A stretch of 64,000 nucleotides of DNA from Phoronis australis (taxonomy: Eukaryota > Animalia > Phoronida). A program made the position numbers and the translations under genes. The stretch's first letter is position 1. Every line of letters begins with the position of its first letter. Below are positions 39,359 through 53,340 of the stretch, one piece after another. The stretch spans positions 424,925-488,924 of the forward strand of contig NMRA01000005.1 of NCBI GenBank assembly GCA_002633005.1, written 5' to 3'. Under the pieces are notes generated by a model. It made no database searches. It had not been told where the DNA came from and saw only the letters and a program-made list of their open reading frames with translations.

Positions 39359-40197
39359 TTAAGCAGTCATAATGTCTCGTTTCATCACGAAAAACAACTT
39401 TCGATTTTATCTTTTTACGGATATGAAATTGATCCAAAAATTCTGAGCCAAATCAGACGGATGGTTTGTTGATTTGAAAAGAATTGACAACTTGTAATTG
39501 CTTGAGACTAGGCTCTAGGAAGTTGTTCGACTGGTCATTTCATGTACTGCGCATGCTTTGTAGCAATGGCCCATTGGCTAACTTTCAGATTCCAGCAATC
39601 ACTTCTCGTATGTAAGTTGAGGTCAATTTTATGCCGGTAATGTTGAAAGGTCAAAGGTAGTTTCTTGGGCGTAAAGCGGAGTTATAATCGCTTGAGGTGC
39701 CTACAGGAATGTGTCTAAGGAAGATTTCTTTACACACAAATATACCCGTTCCCAGCATATAACGGGTGGGTGCGAAGCTAAAGGAAGCGGACCAAATCTG
39801 GGTAGAGTTCAGTAACGCTAGGATCTCACAAATCCAGCCGAAATCACGTGTTCTTATTTAAAATACACGGCAATATCTCACCTTATCTCGCAAAGTCTTG
39901 CTTTTCAGCAAGGTCATAAGCGTTACTGAACTCTTCCCCGCGGGACACCAATCGTCGATGTACAGTAAACTACTATCCTCGTCACGTAAAGAACCCGGTC
40001 ATGCTTCACGCGACGTTAGGGTAAGGTTTTATTATGCATTGGCCAAAACTATTCACCACAGGAAATGAGCAAAAAAAGAAATCTGTACAGTAAACATACA
40101 CGTGGTGGGAATAGCTCAGCCCGTCTTGTTTTACATGTATCTATTAATGGTTTCTTGTTGCCGTTGGACGTACGCATCGGACTGATTCACAATATTT

Positions 40198-40420
40198 CAT
40201 GCGCGCACCCAAGGGGGCTCGGAGACAGGGCTCGAACGAGCTATCCATTTGGTGACGTGGGCAAAACGTTCCGCGTCAGATAAACAAAAACTCCAAAAAA
40301 GTAGAAAACGAGTCCACTAAAATGGTAGGAACCACCAGACTTCGGCGAATTCATGAATCTTAGTAAAGTCTACATGCTCATAAATTCGAGCTCCCCATTT
40401 TTAAGCTAGGTGCGCGCACG
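40198..40420. mobile_element. MITE of the same family as 24986-25242
   Basis: Shared 5' CATGCGCGCACCCAAGGGGGCTCGGAG...CGAACGAGC and shared 3' GAGCTC...GCGCGCA. Confidence 0.6.
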
Positions 40421-40906
40421 TAGTTGCTACCAAATTTGCCCTTTTGGGGATTTTAGGGCGACCCATCTGATTGTTGTGTAACACACGGCTTGAGTACAAG
40501 CTGGATTCTTATAACGCGCATGCCCTTCCCATCGTGTGCGCCTTCTTTTTAATTTGACCTGACCACAAAGTTGCCGACAATACTAAAATCGTAGGTTTTT
40601 CCGGTTTGCTGTTAGCTGACAATCTTTCTCAAGTACTTTAAAGATATCTGGCAAACAACATCATAAAAGAAAAAAAATTACATCAAAAATATTTTTAGTG
40701 AAAGAGCATTACGGAGGTAATTGAAAAAGCATAGGCACAAGTAATATGAATTAAATTTTGACTTGCTAAGGCGGACCCCAAATCCCGATGGGGGGGTGCA
40801 TTTGCTCACCTAAGAGGTAAATCGCACGAGTGCTAAGAATGGTGAATCAGGACACGTGGTCATTGGATGAAACAGAGTTAAATTTAGAATTAAGAAAGCA
40901 CTTAAC

Positions 40907-41173
40907 ATGTTTTGGCACGTATGGATGAAGATTCGTTGGCCCACGTGTTCTGTTGAGTCGTCACAGTTACCACGTATTCTGTCCCTGGCTGTAAGTCATT
41001 GCAGGAAACATTGTTGATGGAAGAGCCAACAGTCGTTGAAGTGGACGTCGTATTTAAACCTATTGGTGTACATTTCACTGTGTATCTCTCGCGCATGCCG
41101 CTCGCATGGCTCCAGTTGATTCTGATCGATGTCACGGCTGTTGTCACTTGCATGCCAGACACTCTGCTCAATT
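40907..41173 (-). CDS. FN3 exon 12
   Basis: 267 nt, phase 1-1, weaker GTTAAG donor. IRINW...CNDLQPGTEYVVTVTT. Confidence 0.83.
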
Positions 41174-41200
41174 CTACAATGTGTGGGTGTGACGACATTA

Positions 41201-41358
41201 CAGGGGCGGATCCAGGATTTTTAGTCGGGGGGGGGCAGGGCACAGCATCGGCCAGGATTTTGCCCGTTAGACATTCGCAGCCCCGTATAGCCAAATGGAA
41301 TCTGCGAGAAATTTAGGGGGGCCATGGCCCCCTTGGCCCCCCTCTAAATCCGCCACTG
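41201..41358. mobile_element. MITE with CAG(G/T)GGCGGAT termini and 5-bp TSD CATTA
   Basis: CATTA|CAGGGGCGGATCC...AAATCCGCCACTG|CATTA. Confidence 0.85.
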
Positions 41359-43086
41359 CATTAGTTCTTACTTTGGCACAACGTTTTGGTTCGTCATTTC
41401 TTCGACTATATTCAGGTGTGGCAGCGTTGATAAAAGAACGAGCACGTGTCCTTGGTACATTCATGCAAGCCAAAGGAGGACACTGTTTCTCATTTTGAGT
41501 AGTTTTACCTTGGGTAGAGGTATGATAAGAAACGAAAACCTCTAGGGAGTTTGAATATGATGAAAGTCAGAGCCTTCATGTGCGTAATGACGCACGAAAC
41601 AAAATTGTGGAAACCGCTTTTTGTCGTCTCAAATTCAAAAGCCTTACAGTCATTCAGTTTGGCTCCCGTACAGGGGCAGGAAAAGATTCACAGCGAGCCT
41701 ACAAAAATTCTAAAATCTCTTGACCAATTCACAGCAACCTATAGCCTATTTACATTGACTGACACGACGTTGAGTTAGGTCATTTCTCTGTCCATTTCTC
41801 ATTATGTGTTAAGCATTCTTAGAATGACTCGTGGTGGGCAATTTAGTTATACAGGTGTGTTTTCAGTGGTCCAGATCGAGCTGCAATCTCTGGGCCACTG
41901 TGTCATCCATTAACGTCGAGGGAAATTTGCTGTAATTATATTTTCCTTATTAGCTGTCAGTCAGGTGTTCATTATCTCAATAAGATATTTAGTACTGACC
42001 AATGTATGTGAGCGTTGATCAGAAACTTCAACAAAACGATGCGGGAACTTTTATCGATGCGTCGGTCGCCATTTTGTCACCGTCGAACGTAATGTCTCTT
42101 TGCAAAGTAAATAGCTACTTGAAATCAAAACAGGAAGATGGAAATCCACTGAAATTGTGTAGATGATCACATGGTCCTTCAGTGGCAGAAGACTGGATGG
42201 AAACGGATAAGCTAATTCAACATCCAGCCTTGCTGACCAATCACTTCAATGGGCATAACTTTGCCTGTGTACGAGTACTCGGGGATCACTAGCCGTTCAG
42301 TCACGTGATATTGCCAGGTTTGTCTGACATTCATCTCGAAACGTTTTCCGTGGAGCACAAAGTAAAAATCTTACATCTTTGAACACTTTTTTGTCCAGTG
42401 TCTCAAAAAGACGGTATTCCACAACACTGAAAAGCGTCAGGCTCCAATCCAGGCCTCATGAGCCCCAGAACAGATCTATTATTAGAGCTCCCGAGGCTTG
42501 ATTAAGCATGGTCATATCTGAACGTACATGTAAACAATGGTAAGCAACTCACGCCTAACCTTTCGAGAAAATAACGTTCACGATGTTTTTCCAGCAACCA
42601 AAATTAACATGGTTTAGCCTTAATTGTTATGTAAAAATCAGAGTCACAACGACCGACTTCAAATGGCATGCGAAAGACTTTGTCTTCTCGAATTATGATT
42701 ACGTTCCCTCTTTATTTGTTCTGGGATCTCTGAATATACATGTAATAAACAGGATTTACAGGCAGTGCAACCCAGTCTGGATTATCAGATGGTTTTGCGG
42801 TCTCGTTAAGTGCAGAAAATCTAGGCACGCGCAAGGCACTCGCCAGCGAAGTTACTAAGATCACGTTCTTCGCTGGTAACATATGGCGACATCTCGCGAA
42901 GAGTCGCGTGCTCTTGCGTTTTCGAGAGTTTCTGCATTGAAATGGAGCCGTGATCTGTGCTCCTTAAAGCGTCATATCTAAACTTTTACTTGACACGTTT
43001 TCTTGACACAACAAATCCAGATATTCTTACTGCATCAAAAGACTGTCTTTAATTTTGCATTACCGGACTTAGAGATGTGAACTTAC

Positions 43087-43368
43087 TTGTTCGCGTCGAC
43101 GAGTCGTTTAGACTATAAGAAGTGACGTCTTTCCAGCCGCTTTGCTTGGCGGTTACGGTCACAGCATAAGCGACCCCTGGGGTTAGTTGAGTGCACACGG
43201 CAGAATTGGTGCTATCGTTAACTGTCACCTTATCATTGACTGTATTGCCGACCCCACTGAAGCATTCCACCACGTAATGATCCTTGGTACTTGGAGAATG
43301 GCGCCACACCACGGATAAAGACGACATTGTTCGAACAGTAACTTGAAGCCACGGTACTGGTGCCAGAA
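43087..43368 (-). CDS. FN3 exon 11
   Basis: 282 nt, phase 1-1, GTAAGT donor. LSVVW...CTQLTPGVAYAVTVTA. Confidence 0.88.
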
Positions 43369-43850
43369 CTAAAACACACGGTAAAGCCTTAGGAACCCTC
43401 GTACCAGCGGAAACAATAGAAATTCACCATACATGTGAAAACTTTTACAATATAGGATAAACTTTGATAACCTACATATAGGCCAGATAGGCCTACCACA
43501 GGATTTGATGGTTTAGATGCTGTAGTCTAAATCTGCCTGCCTTCTGTAAAGCAACTTTTGATTTATACTTCTTAGGCTACATTCGCATGACAGGTTCCAC
43601 CTTAATCTTCCTGTTGTGGAAAAGCACCGGTTCTTCTCTGCTCAATAATTGAAACCAATCAATGATAAGTTGGCAGTTTAGTCTTGAAAACAAGCACCGA
43701 CTAATAACCACATGGCTTGCATGTATTGTCAGCTCCCTCAAGACCAGAAATCACTCTTCATCTGGGTGTGAACAAGGCGAGACCAGATTTTATAACAGTA
43801 TGTGGTCTAAATCAAAGATTTTTGACAGATGGCGTGTAGTACATACGTAC

Positions 43851-44132
43851 ACGTTCTTGTAGACGTGTCACGCACAACTTCGGAGAGCACGTCAGGCCAT
43901 GTATTCAGTTTCGTGGCGACTTGAACAGAATAGGACGTCCCAGGGCTTAGACCAGTACATGTTGCTAAATCTTCATGCGCCGGAACATCTGCTTGATATT
44001 TGACCTTTCGTTGGGAACTTGGTGTGCATGTGAGATGATACGCATCCTTGTTTCCGTCAAAGTGGATCCACGAAACGGCGAGAGATGTCGCTGTTCGGTG
44101 CACCACCCTAAGCCCGGTCACCGCTGATATCT
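43851..44132 (-). CDS. FN3 exon 10
   Basis: 282 nt, phase 1-1, GTACGT donor. LAVSW...CTGLSPGTSYSVQVAT. Confidence 0.85.
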
Positions 44133-45054
44133 CTTCACAAAAAACAGCGGCGAATCAGTGAACAGTTACTATATTTAAATTCACTTGTAATCAGTATCGG
44201 ACCATCCATTAAGCTAAATAAACTCAACCTAGAGCTTCTGGCGCCATCTTGTAGCCGTACAAGGCTTCCTATAGTGCTACCAAGCCTGCTGTGCAAATAT
44301 TCAAATACACCACGCTTAGTAAAGCCAAAGGTCAAGATTCGCCAAAAAGGTAATATGCGTACACTTAGCAAACTCGAGTTTGCGTATTTTGCCGACTGGT
44401 CTGGCATACGGCTAGTTGAATAGTTTTAAATGAAATGGTCCAGTAGTTATCTTAAAATAGGCGAACCAATATTTTTTACTTTATTATTTTGGACATTGTT
44501 GAGCCCCATTACACATAACTGGACAATGACGAGATAATCTGGACCCAACCCGAAATGTTCGTATGTTATACATCGAAAGGACGCTTTGATCCGCGTATAA
44601 TGTCATCCACAAAGTAGCCTGCCCTTCCATTCCTCAGAAAATCTGATTTTAAAATTACTCTTTCCGCTTCATTTTAGTTATAAATTGACTTTTAATGCTC
44701 ATTCAACACAACTTAAAACATTTTCAAACTTAGCTGAATTTATGAATTTTTAGTTTAATTTTTATTCTTAGCGGTCACAACAACCTAAAATGGCCGTCGT
44801 GGTGAATGACATCAGATTCATGCATTTTGGGTAATCACTCAAATGCCGCCATGTGTAGTGTTTCCATGGCAAGCTGACCCACTTAAACAAAAAAAACAAA
44901 CACATTGACGGTAGAAGAAAGCAAACACAAATACAAACACGAACACAAAGACAAACACGAACACAAAGACAAACAGGGCTAACAGTTGTTTATTATAGTG
45001 ATTTCCTTCGACTGACAAAACTCCTCCAATGTTCTAAATTGGTGAATGTAAAAA

Positions 45055-48000
45055 TGTTGGTTTAACGTTGTTTATGGCGTTACATTAACCCTGTGCAGTT
45101 ACGTGCACACCAGTTTGATGAGTTAAAGACCAGACGACATTCGTCGATACATTTATTTCAAGACGGAGTTGGGTTATGTTTGATGACACTGGAAAGTAAC
45201 ATTGCTCTATTAGACTTGATTTGCTAAGCAGAAATTGACGTCTGTTTCGACAATGAACTCTTCCACTGCTATAACGAACCCAATACGATCCGTGGTTCGT
45301 CGGCTTTCCGTAAAACGCGACCACTGGCGTTGTAGAATTTAGTCGTTTGGAGTCTAAAAAGGCACAGATAGTGATTTCGCACGTTCGTCATGCATTTCTT
45401 TACCTTGTTTCCTGGGTAGCGCAATACTCTGAGAACCTTCTTTCGGATCACGTGCTTTTTGCTTGAGCAGATCTGGGGTGATCGGCATGTATGTGCGAGT
45501 GCGTCTTACCATGAGCCTTTGAACGGATGATCCCTGCACAGTGACTCTTCCAGTGTTTCGGATGTTCATCAAGTCGGCGGGTGAGATATATGTCTGAAGG
45601 ATTTTTCTAGTAGGTACAGCTCGTTCAGCTAGTCCGTTGCTTCTATGGAAATGCTTTGAGCTGATCCCGTGATAAATGTTCCATTCTGTAGTGAAGATCC
45701 CGAGAACTTACGACAGATACTGACTACCACTGTCTGTATATCTCAGGTACACCAAACCTTGCGAAGTGTTGGTTCAGATGACATTATTAGAAGAGATCTC
45801 GTTTAGATTGTCGATATCACGCCAAGAGTCAATGGTCACCATGAAGTTTTTACTGAGCCATTCGAATATGCCTGTGGCAAATATCGACCAAGGAGCCTTT
45901 GCAATTTGGTACAGCTCGACATTCCTTTTGCTGGTGTTAAGCTGTACTGCTGCACTTCTCACATGCGGCAACACCTTCTGTGATCTGTTGGGCTATCTTT
46001 GGCTCTGCGAATGGTCGTTTCAGTTCCAGAATGTCCAGAATGTACCATGGTAATGTATTCTGGTCGGTATTACGTACATAGAGTGTATAGACACGATTTC
46101 CTTTCAGAATGGTTCCATCAAGCACATCTAGGTCATCTCTTGTGGCAGGCAATTCTTGGAGTTCTTTGTTAAGGTGTTTCTGTGTTGGCCATGTCTCAAA
46201 AATGAACTTCTTCTTTTGCTGAAATTTGTGGTTAGTTGGAGTGCGTTCCAGCAGTATCTATTGCTGCGCAGAAGACTTGACAGCGAGCTAGACTTTCAAA
46301 TTCCTCTTCTTCTTCTTCTGTTTGGTTGTTGTTTGCTGTTGAGGATTGAAAAGCACTAGACAAAGTGTCAGCTACATGAACTTCAAGACGCTTCTCTAGA
46401 TGAGGTTAAAGTCAAAGGTTTGAGCTTTCATGAAGAGACGTTGCAAGCGTTGAGATGCGGAAGCAATCGATTTTCGTATTATCGTGACTAATGGCTGACG
46501 ATCTGTTTCGACACTGATGCGTTTCCCATACATATAATGTTTGAACTTCTCACACGCAAAACTACGGCTAGTAACTCCTTTTCAATTTGTGCGTCCCAGG
46601 TCTCAGCACCGGTAATTGAACGAGACGGAAATAATACTGGTTTACCTTCTAGTAGAAATGCTGACCCGATGCCGCATTGTGAAGCATCACAAGTCGCAAA
46701 CAATTAAACATCCTTATAAGTCAGTGTTACTTTACTTCTTTGCCTTTGTCGAAGTACGGCTCACACTTAGCCCCTTTGGTCTTCTCGGAGTTAACCAAGC
46801 ATTGTTTTTCTTCAAAAGCTCATTTCACGGGGCACCTACTTCACTGAGGTTAGGTATGAACTTGGTTGGTGAGGTATTTCACCGTACCCTTAAACTGAAG
46901 TACGCCGACCTTGTCTTGAGGTTGTGGCATGTTCTGGATTGCCTGGACTTTGGTAGGATCGGGTTTGGTGCCTTTCTCTGTGATTTCATGACGTATGTAC
47001 TTGACAGAGGCTAGTCTGAAGTGACATTTGTCTCTACCAAGTTTGATTCCGAGGTCATTTAATCTTTATAAGACTTCTCTGACGTTAGCATCGTGTTCTA
47101 AAAACGCTCTCTCATGGACTAGCATATCATTCATGATTGGTTTGGATGGATAACCAACTAGTAGCTGTTTGATTGTTTGTTGCTGTATAAGCCCTTGATG
47201 CTGATAGTATACCCATGGGCATGCGTAAGTACATGTATCTTCCACACGACGTTCCAAATGTGGTGACTTTTGCTGATTCTTCATCCAAGCCAATACTGTA
47301 GAAGGCATCGCGTGCATCAAACACAGAGAACAATTTGACCTCGGCCATGTCACCTATGCACTCATCGATTGTTCGCAGTGGATACTGAGGACATTTGATA
47401 TCTTTATTGATGTCACCTGTTTCTCTGCAGAATCTGGGTCTACCTGACGGTTTCTTAAGAACAACAACAATGGATAATACCTAGTCAGTTGGTTCTTTTA
47501 AGGGTACGATGGTACCTTTGTCGCACATCTCATCACGTGTCACTTTCAGTTGTTCATTAAGTGCTGGTACAATTCTCCTTACGGGTCTCACCATTGGTTC
47601 TACCTTTTGATCTGTCATGATTGTGTAGGATGTCGGAGTATTTCCTTTCTAACCTGTCCAGTTGATGTTTGTTGTGTCGTGCTGAATGTGTAGATTGTTG
47701 TCTTGTGTGCATTGGAGGAAACCAGCTGCATCCTGAGGCAATCGTACATCCCAAAGAGTGCGCTGTTGTGATGTGTTCAATTGTTTGAACGTGACGGGTT
47801 CCGTGATGCCTCAGGGTGAAGCCATTACACAGTCGTTGTGCCCAGGGAGGTCGTAGAAGCCCTTTAGAAATGCTTTGCCCGATCGCTTGATCTTCGCATC
47901 AGGTCTGGATCTCATTGTCGTAAATAACAAGACATCACATTTCGCACCGGTGTCTATCTTGACGTTAACGATATAACCATTGTGGGAGGGGACTGTTTGA

Positions 48001-49110
48001 ATCCCCCCAGGTGCAGTTGAGTGTTGCTCAAGGCTGCTGTGCTGATACAATGCTGCTCTTCGAGTTCTACGCTGTCTATGAAAAAAATCTAATTCGCAAG
48101 TTTCGTCAGTGTAGTGCAACAATACTTGGGCCTTTTTCGGTCGGGATTTGGGCCACCCATGCCTTTATGCAGAGGTTTTCTTTGTTGGTAGGTAATGAGT
48201 GATGCATACGATAGATGGGCTTCACTACCACTGCGGCAAACTTGCGAAAAGTGGTTCCACTTGCCACAACAGTAGAACTGTATTTTTTGTTTCTAGAGTG
48301 ATCACCACCGCAGTTTATGCACTTGATTGTCTTTGGTCTTTGTTGATGTTTAGTATCATATTTACTATGTTTGCTGCTTTATAGCTTTGGCGTGTTTTGC
48401 AGAGACTCTTATCCTTAGCATATGCCAATATCCGCTTCGTGGGTGATCTCGGGTTCCCAGAGCAGCTGCTTTATGATTGGCCACCAGGATAAATATCCTG
48501 TCTCAGATCATTTGGTCATTCAAGTCACAAAATTCGCAATTGCCAGCATGGCTACCCGGGTCTGCCAGGAGTTTGTGTCTTACAGCTATTGCGTGCAACT
48601 GTTGCAATGTGAGCGTTTCAATGACATTCTTTCGTGGATTGCAGTTGCCTGAATTTAGCTTTGAGAACCTATGGGTTTTCACGTGATTTACCAGTTTCAC
48701 ATTGAAATGTTCTCTCGCGTTCTATAGTTTCTGAGCAAGCTAAGTTAAGCAAAATGCAAGCTTATGTTTTTGCACCTTTGTTGCTGTGTGTGGCATTGGT
48801 GAAAATGTAATAATCTCGCTCAAAAACACGCCAACGTTCTGTGACATTGTCGTCAATTGCAAGTGGGTTAGGTTTCTTGAGTACCTCAGCCATTACAGTA
48901 GTCCGGTGTATTAGTAATGAGGTTAAACCGAGTGAACGTGCAAACATGGTCAAATGGAATTAAACCAAAAGTTATCGGCTACAAATTGTCACATCTATCC
49001 CACTCCTGGCTTCATGTTAGTTTAGGGTTGTTGATGGCGTTACAACAGACGTGTGCAGGTACGTGCACACCAGTGTGATGAGTTATCAGACAACGTTCGT
49101 AGATACAAGA
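45055..49110 (-). mobile_element. Decayed Ty3/Gypsy LTR retrotransposon in the intron between FN3 exons 9 and 10
   Basis: Fragments in Gypsy order: gag (KKPNPLAIDDNVTERWRVF), protease (KIDTGAKCDVL), RT (FSVFDARDAF...YLRMPMGI), RNase H (CDASQCGIG...AQIEKELLAVV), integrase (PWSIFATGIF). Similar diverged LTR segments start at 45055 and 49015; PBS-like TGAAGCCAGGAGTGGGAT at 48997-49014. Confidence 0.9.
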
Positions 49111-50478
49111 TGGCGTATCCGGCCGCTCGCACAGTGCAATCATTGTAGGCTATACTCACAAAACCGAATAAAAAGATTGCAAGCAGTCTGATATCTGAAT
49201 TGCATCGGTCATGCACAGGTCACAAAGATCGGGACCATTGTGCAAAATATCTGATGAGAACCCTCGTATGTATATTAAGTCATTTGGCTCTTTCTGAGTG
49301 AGGTTGCAAAAATTCGTAGCCATGTAGGCCACATCCATCTGTTATTGGTGATGGGCATTTGATCCAGGTTACTGTCCATTACTACCACTGCTGCCGCTTA
49401 CCATTTCACTTGACCTATCCCGAAGCATTATTCCAAGTTTAAATCTGGTCATATTCCTTTAACTTTTGTGGTCCAGTGATTCCCAGAAAAGTGTCCACAA
49501 CAGACATTGCTTCCACACACCGTGTATAGAATCCCTGAAGTGAAGGAAAGGCGACAGGGACAGACGTCCAGACAAATGCACATAGCCGGGAGGACAACAT
49601 TCCTCTGTCCTTAATGCTTGATATTTGGTCCATGTTATTCTCCACAGATAGCGTCTACATCCACCACTGCTTCCTGGCTGGTCATCGTCTACCTAGAAGG
49701 TCGATTATTCCTCAGAGCAAGTCTGGTCATGTCACTTTTACTGCTGTCCCAATACGGCAGGGCCGAGAACGACTATTTATCATATCTAATTCTCTTTTCA
49801 AGAAACAGACTCGCAGTACGTCATAGCAAAGTTTTTAGATGGAATGAAAACGGCGTTAACACAGCGATGATCAATTCACACAGCAATTGTAGATTTGGAA
49901 ATATTTATTGCTTGCGAGTTTAAATCTTTTTTGTCTCATGGACAATTAGAAGTACATCGCCTGCTCGTTGGTTACCAATCCTCCCTCTAGCCCAATGACG
50001 CGCTTAGGTTCGGCTCTACGTGAGTTGAACGCAGTCGATGAAAACACGCTGTCTTTGCTTGCGTCAAGTACTGGCCCATCCAAAATACCTTGGTTATTTT
50101 CGTAGCCTCAAATTATCCCTCCGAGTGTTTAATATCTTCACGCGTGCAAACTTTAAGCAGAACAGCACGTGATGCGGTCAGTACAGACGCAGAGACGGTT
50201 TTAACACGTTCGCAGTCGTTCTTAATCTGTGGTCTTCAAAAAATCATGTTTAACCTGCTATCGGTAAGTGTATTTTGGCACTTTTAACACTATTCTCCAA
50301 TTTAAGAGTCACATGAATTGAGATTCGCACATGCACAGGCATGAAACACGCTCACGCTTCAAAACTACCCAGGCGAGGTGTTCAATGTAGTACGGACCCT
50401 TCCTGTTTTTGCCAAACAGTCCCGGATCCCACTTGTTTACTTCCGGCAGTAATTTGAGCGCGTGGTCGGAAAACTTAC

Positions 50479-50742
50479 TAGTTTTAACCTTTGCTACTTC
50501 TGAATGAACATCCAGCCAACCCGTCCTTTTGTGAGCGATGACAACGCGGTACAGTGTTCCAGGCGTGAGTTGTGTGCACGTGCCTTTAGTGACTGCCGGG
50601 CTCAACTCGGATGATGAGACAGCCAAACCTTTATTGATGCACTTTACGATTTGTTTCTCTACCCCGCCCTTTGCTGGCAACCAACTCAGTCGTATCGACG
50701 TTGTCAAAGGAGCTGTCCTCAAGCCGGTAGGAATGCTTAGTT
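50479..50742 (-). CDS. FN3 exon 9
   Basis: 264 nt, phase 1-1, GTAAGT donor. IRLSW...CTQLTPGTLYRVVI. Confidence 0.88.
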
Positions 50743-52199
50743 CTGTAAGAGTAAAGGAAACGTAAATGAATTATCAAAAGACAGTGGCAGTCGTCTTATA
50801 CATCAATGTACTTACTGAAGAGATCTCCCACATTTTAAAGAGTACAATAAATAAATAAATTAAGTAAATTCAAATATGTAACTATTATCACGAAGTTTTT
50901 TGAAACCATATCTGCATCCTTATTGTCAAGTCTGTGATTTTAGCCAAATATCAAGAAAACTGTAGATTTTGATTCAGTGAACGTACACATTTTATCACAT
51001 GACCAAGAATTAATCATCATCAAAAGGATACTGCATAACCATTATCAGGCCCTCATTCAATCTTTACAAAGGTGACGGTGGTTGACTCCGACCTTGATGC
51101 GACTCTGAACGTCCACGTGTAAATATATGGGCTACGTACGTAAGTTTTGTATATAAGCTGTAGTTAAGTATCAATGTGATTCACGCGTGACACGTGCTGT
51201 GAGTCAGGAGTTCTGGTTGAGGATTGAAATAAAGCAGTCGTGTCCAGGACTTCTAAGGTGATCGTATCAACCGGAAATTAAGGATCAACGAAATTCACCG
51301 TCACACAGATATGTGCACCCAACTGTACTATCACACGGATGATTTCCGAAATGTCGGGACAAATACTGCTGTATGTAAAACCACTCTTGTCTAAGGTCAG
51401 TCATCGCTGTTTCACCAACAGCTGTGACACTACCTGCTCCTTTAAATAAGTTCCTGTCATGACATTATGACCTCCGCTAATTTCATAAATGATCAGATGT
51501 CGCTCTCGTTCTACAATTTTAGCACAGTTCCATCCTGATTGTTGATGCTATCTTGTACATGCATTCTCGGGTTTTTTGTTTTGGTATTGCTGTCGACAGA
51601 GTGCTTGTTCTAGTGGCATTTCGTCACCTGCATACATTTGATAGACTTTGTCAACCTCTCAAGTTGTAATCCAAAGCGGCTCTTGCCGTGTGAGTTAGGA
51701 AGAGTTTTCTCGTTGCCCGATCGTTCATCATTATGAATTACGTGCTCCGTCGTGTTGTGACCCTGGGTATACTATACCGGAGTCCTAGATGTGAGGTTGC
51801 ATTTAAAGTGACATTATCGTCAAAAAAGAGATTTCCTGATAACAATCCCAACGTTGAATCAAACTTACAACCTAAGACATCGCATTCCAATGCTTTGCTG
51901 GCGGAGACAAATCCCACTCGAAAATGACAAAGAATTTTAAGCGTATTCATAACTAGTTAAGTTTCTAGCCTTGATTTCAACGACTGGCTACGGTTTTAAA
52001 AGTCATTAGGAAATCACAATGGCGAGAATTGGCGATTATGAAATAAAATCACAAAACGCAACAATCTTGTTGTTTTGTAGCTCTAGACAAAGCTAAGAAC
52101 TTCAACAATAATCCCCCAAAACAGGTTTTGCGGCCGTAATACTGATCGTGCCAATAAACAGATAAGGCCTGTAATGTCCTCGACTGAAGCGGGATAACG

Positions 52200-52331
52200 C
52201 AGTGGCGGATTTAGATGGGGGGCAAGGGGCCATGGCCTTTGGCAGTTAGGGGGTGCGAATGTCTGAAGGGCAAAATCCTGGCTAGTACTCTTCCCTGGCC
52301 CCCCTAACTTCAAATCCTGGATCCGCCTCTG
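52200..52331. mobile_element. MITE of the same family, opposite orientation, 5-bp TSD TAACG
   Basis: TAACG|CAGTGGCGGATTT...GGATCCGCCTCTG|TAACG. Confidence 0.85.
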
Positions 52332-52750
52332 TAACGTGTACTTAGAACTGCTATTGAGAGAGTCAAATTAACCGCACAGCATTGAAATTAATTGCTTAGC
52401 TCAACAGGTTTATCATCCAGTGCTGTTCTTTATTTTCAAAACTAACTATTTTGGTGTGAAGCTACATTATCTCTAACAGTAGGACCAGTTTTAAAGACCT
52501 TTGCGTTGGCAAATAAATACATTGGAGATGCATCATTTGCATATCTGTATCACCACGACTTCACATCCTCAAGAGTTCCTGCCAGTATTCCCATGGTGGG
52601 CTTCATGATGGACATAAAAGCTAGGCTGTTAAAGAGAAATCTGGTTGTTCATAGATAACTGTCAATACTCAGGCCAGTAAACATTTACTGACTTGGTAAT
52701 GGAAGGTACTATGAGCATTGTAATGTTGGGTAACACTGGCGTTGTCTTAC

Positions 52751-53032
52751 CAGTTTTTGTCTTCTCGCTTTGCAAACGTGGACCAGTTACATCAGGCCAG
52801 CCGGTTAGCTTCGTCGTAACACTCACAGTGTACAGTGACCCTGGTGTTAAGTGTTCACAGGTGGACATATTAACAGATGGTTTGACCTCTCGACGGAATG
52901 CAGCAGCACCAGGATCGGTCGATGAGCAGTGCACACTGTAATTATGATGGTTCCCAGCAGCATGGCGCCACGTTATACGTAACGAAGAGTTATCCCTGCC
53001 CTTTATACTGATGTTGCTCACCTCTGCTAAGT
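52751..53032 (-). CDS. FN3 exon 8
   Basis: 282 nt, phase 1-1, GTAAGA donor. LRITW...CEHLTPGSLYTVSVTT. Confidence 0.88.
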
Positions 53033-53340
53033 CTGTAAAAACGCTTGATTTAAAGTAGAGATGTAAGGCCAACTGGCCTCTCGGTGTCTCAGCTGTAGTC
53101 ATTGTCATATTGCGATAAATTATCGTCCACTTTCGTGCTTCGGGGCCATTGCATTGTCCATTCACCATGTTTTAAAACTTTTTAAAAGCTCTTTTAAAGG
53201 AAAAAAAGGACATTGGCATGGCAAAATAATGAAGGTTAAACGCTGTCCAGAGTTATGGCGGACTGTACATAGTTGTAATCATTGAACAGAAATATGTTCA
53301 TTTCTTCATGAAAAACGAAATAGGTCAAGGTCAGACTTGC

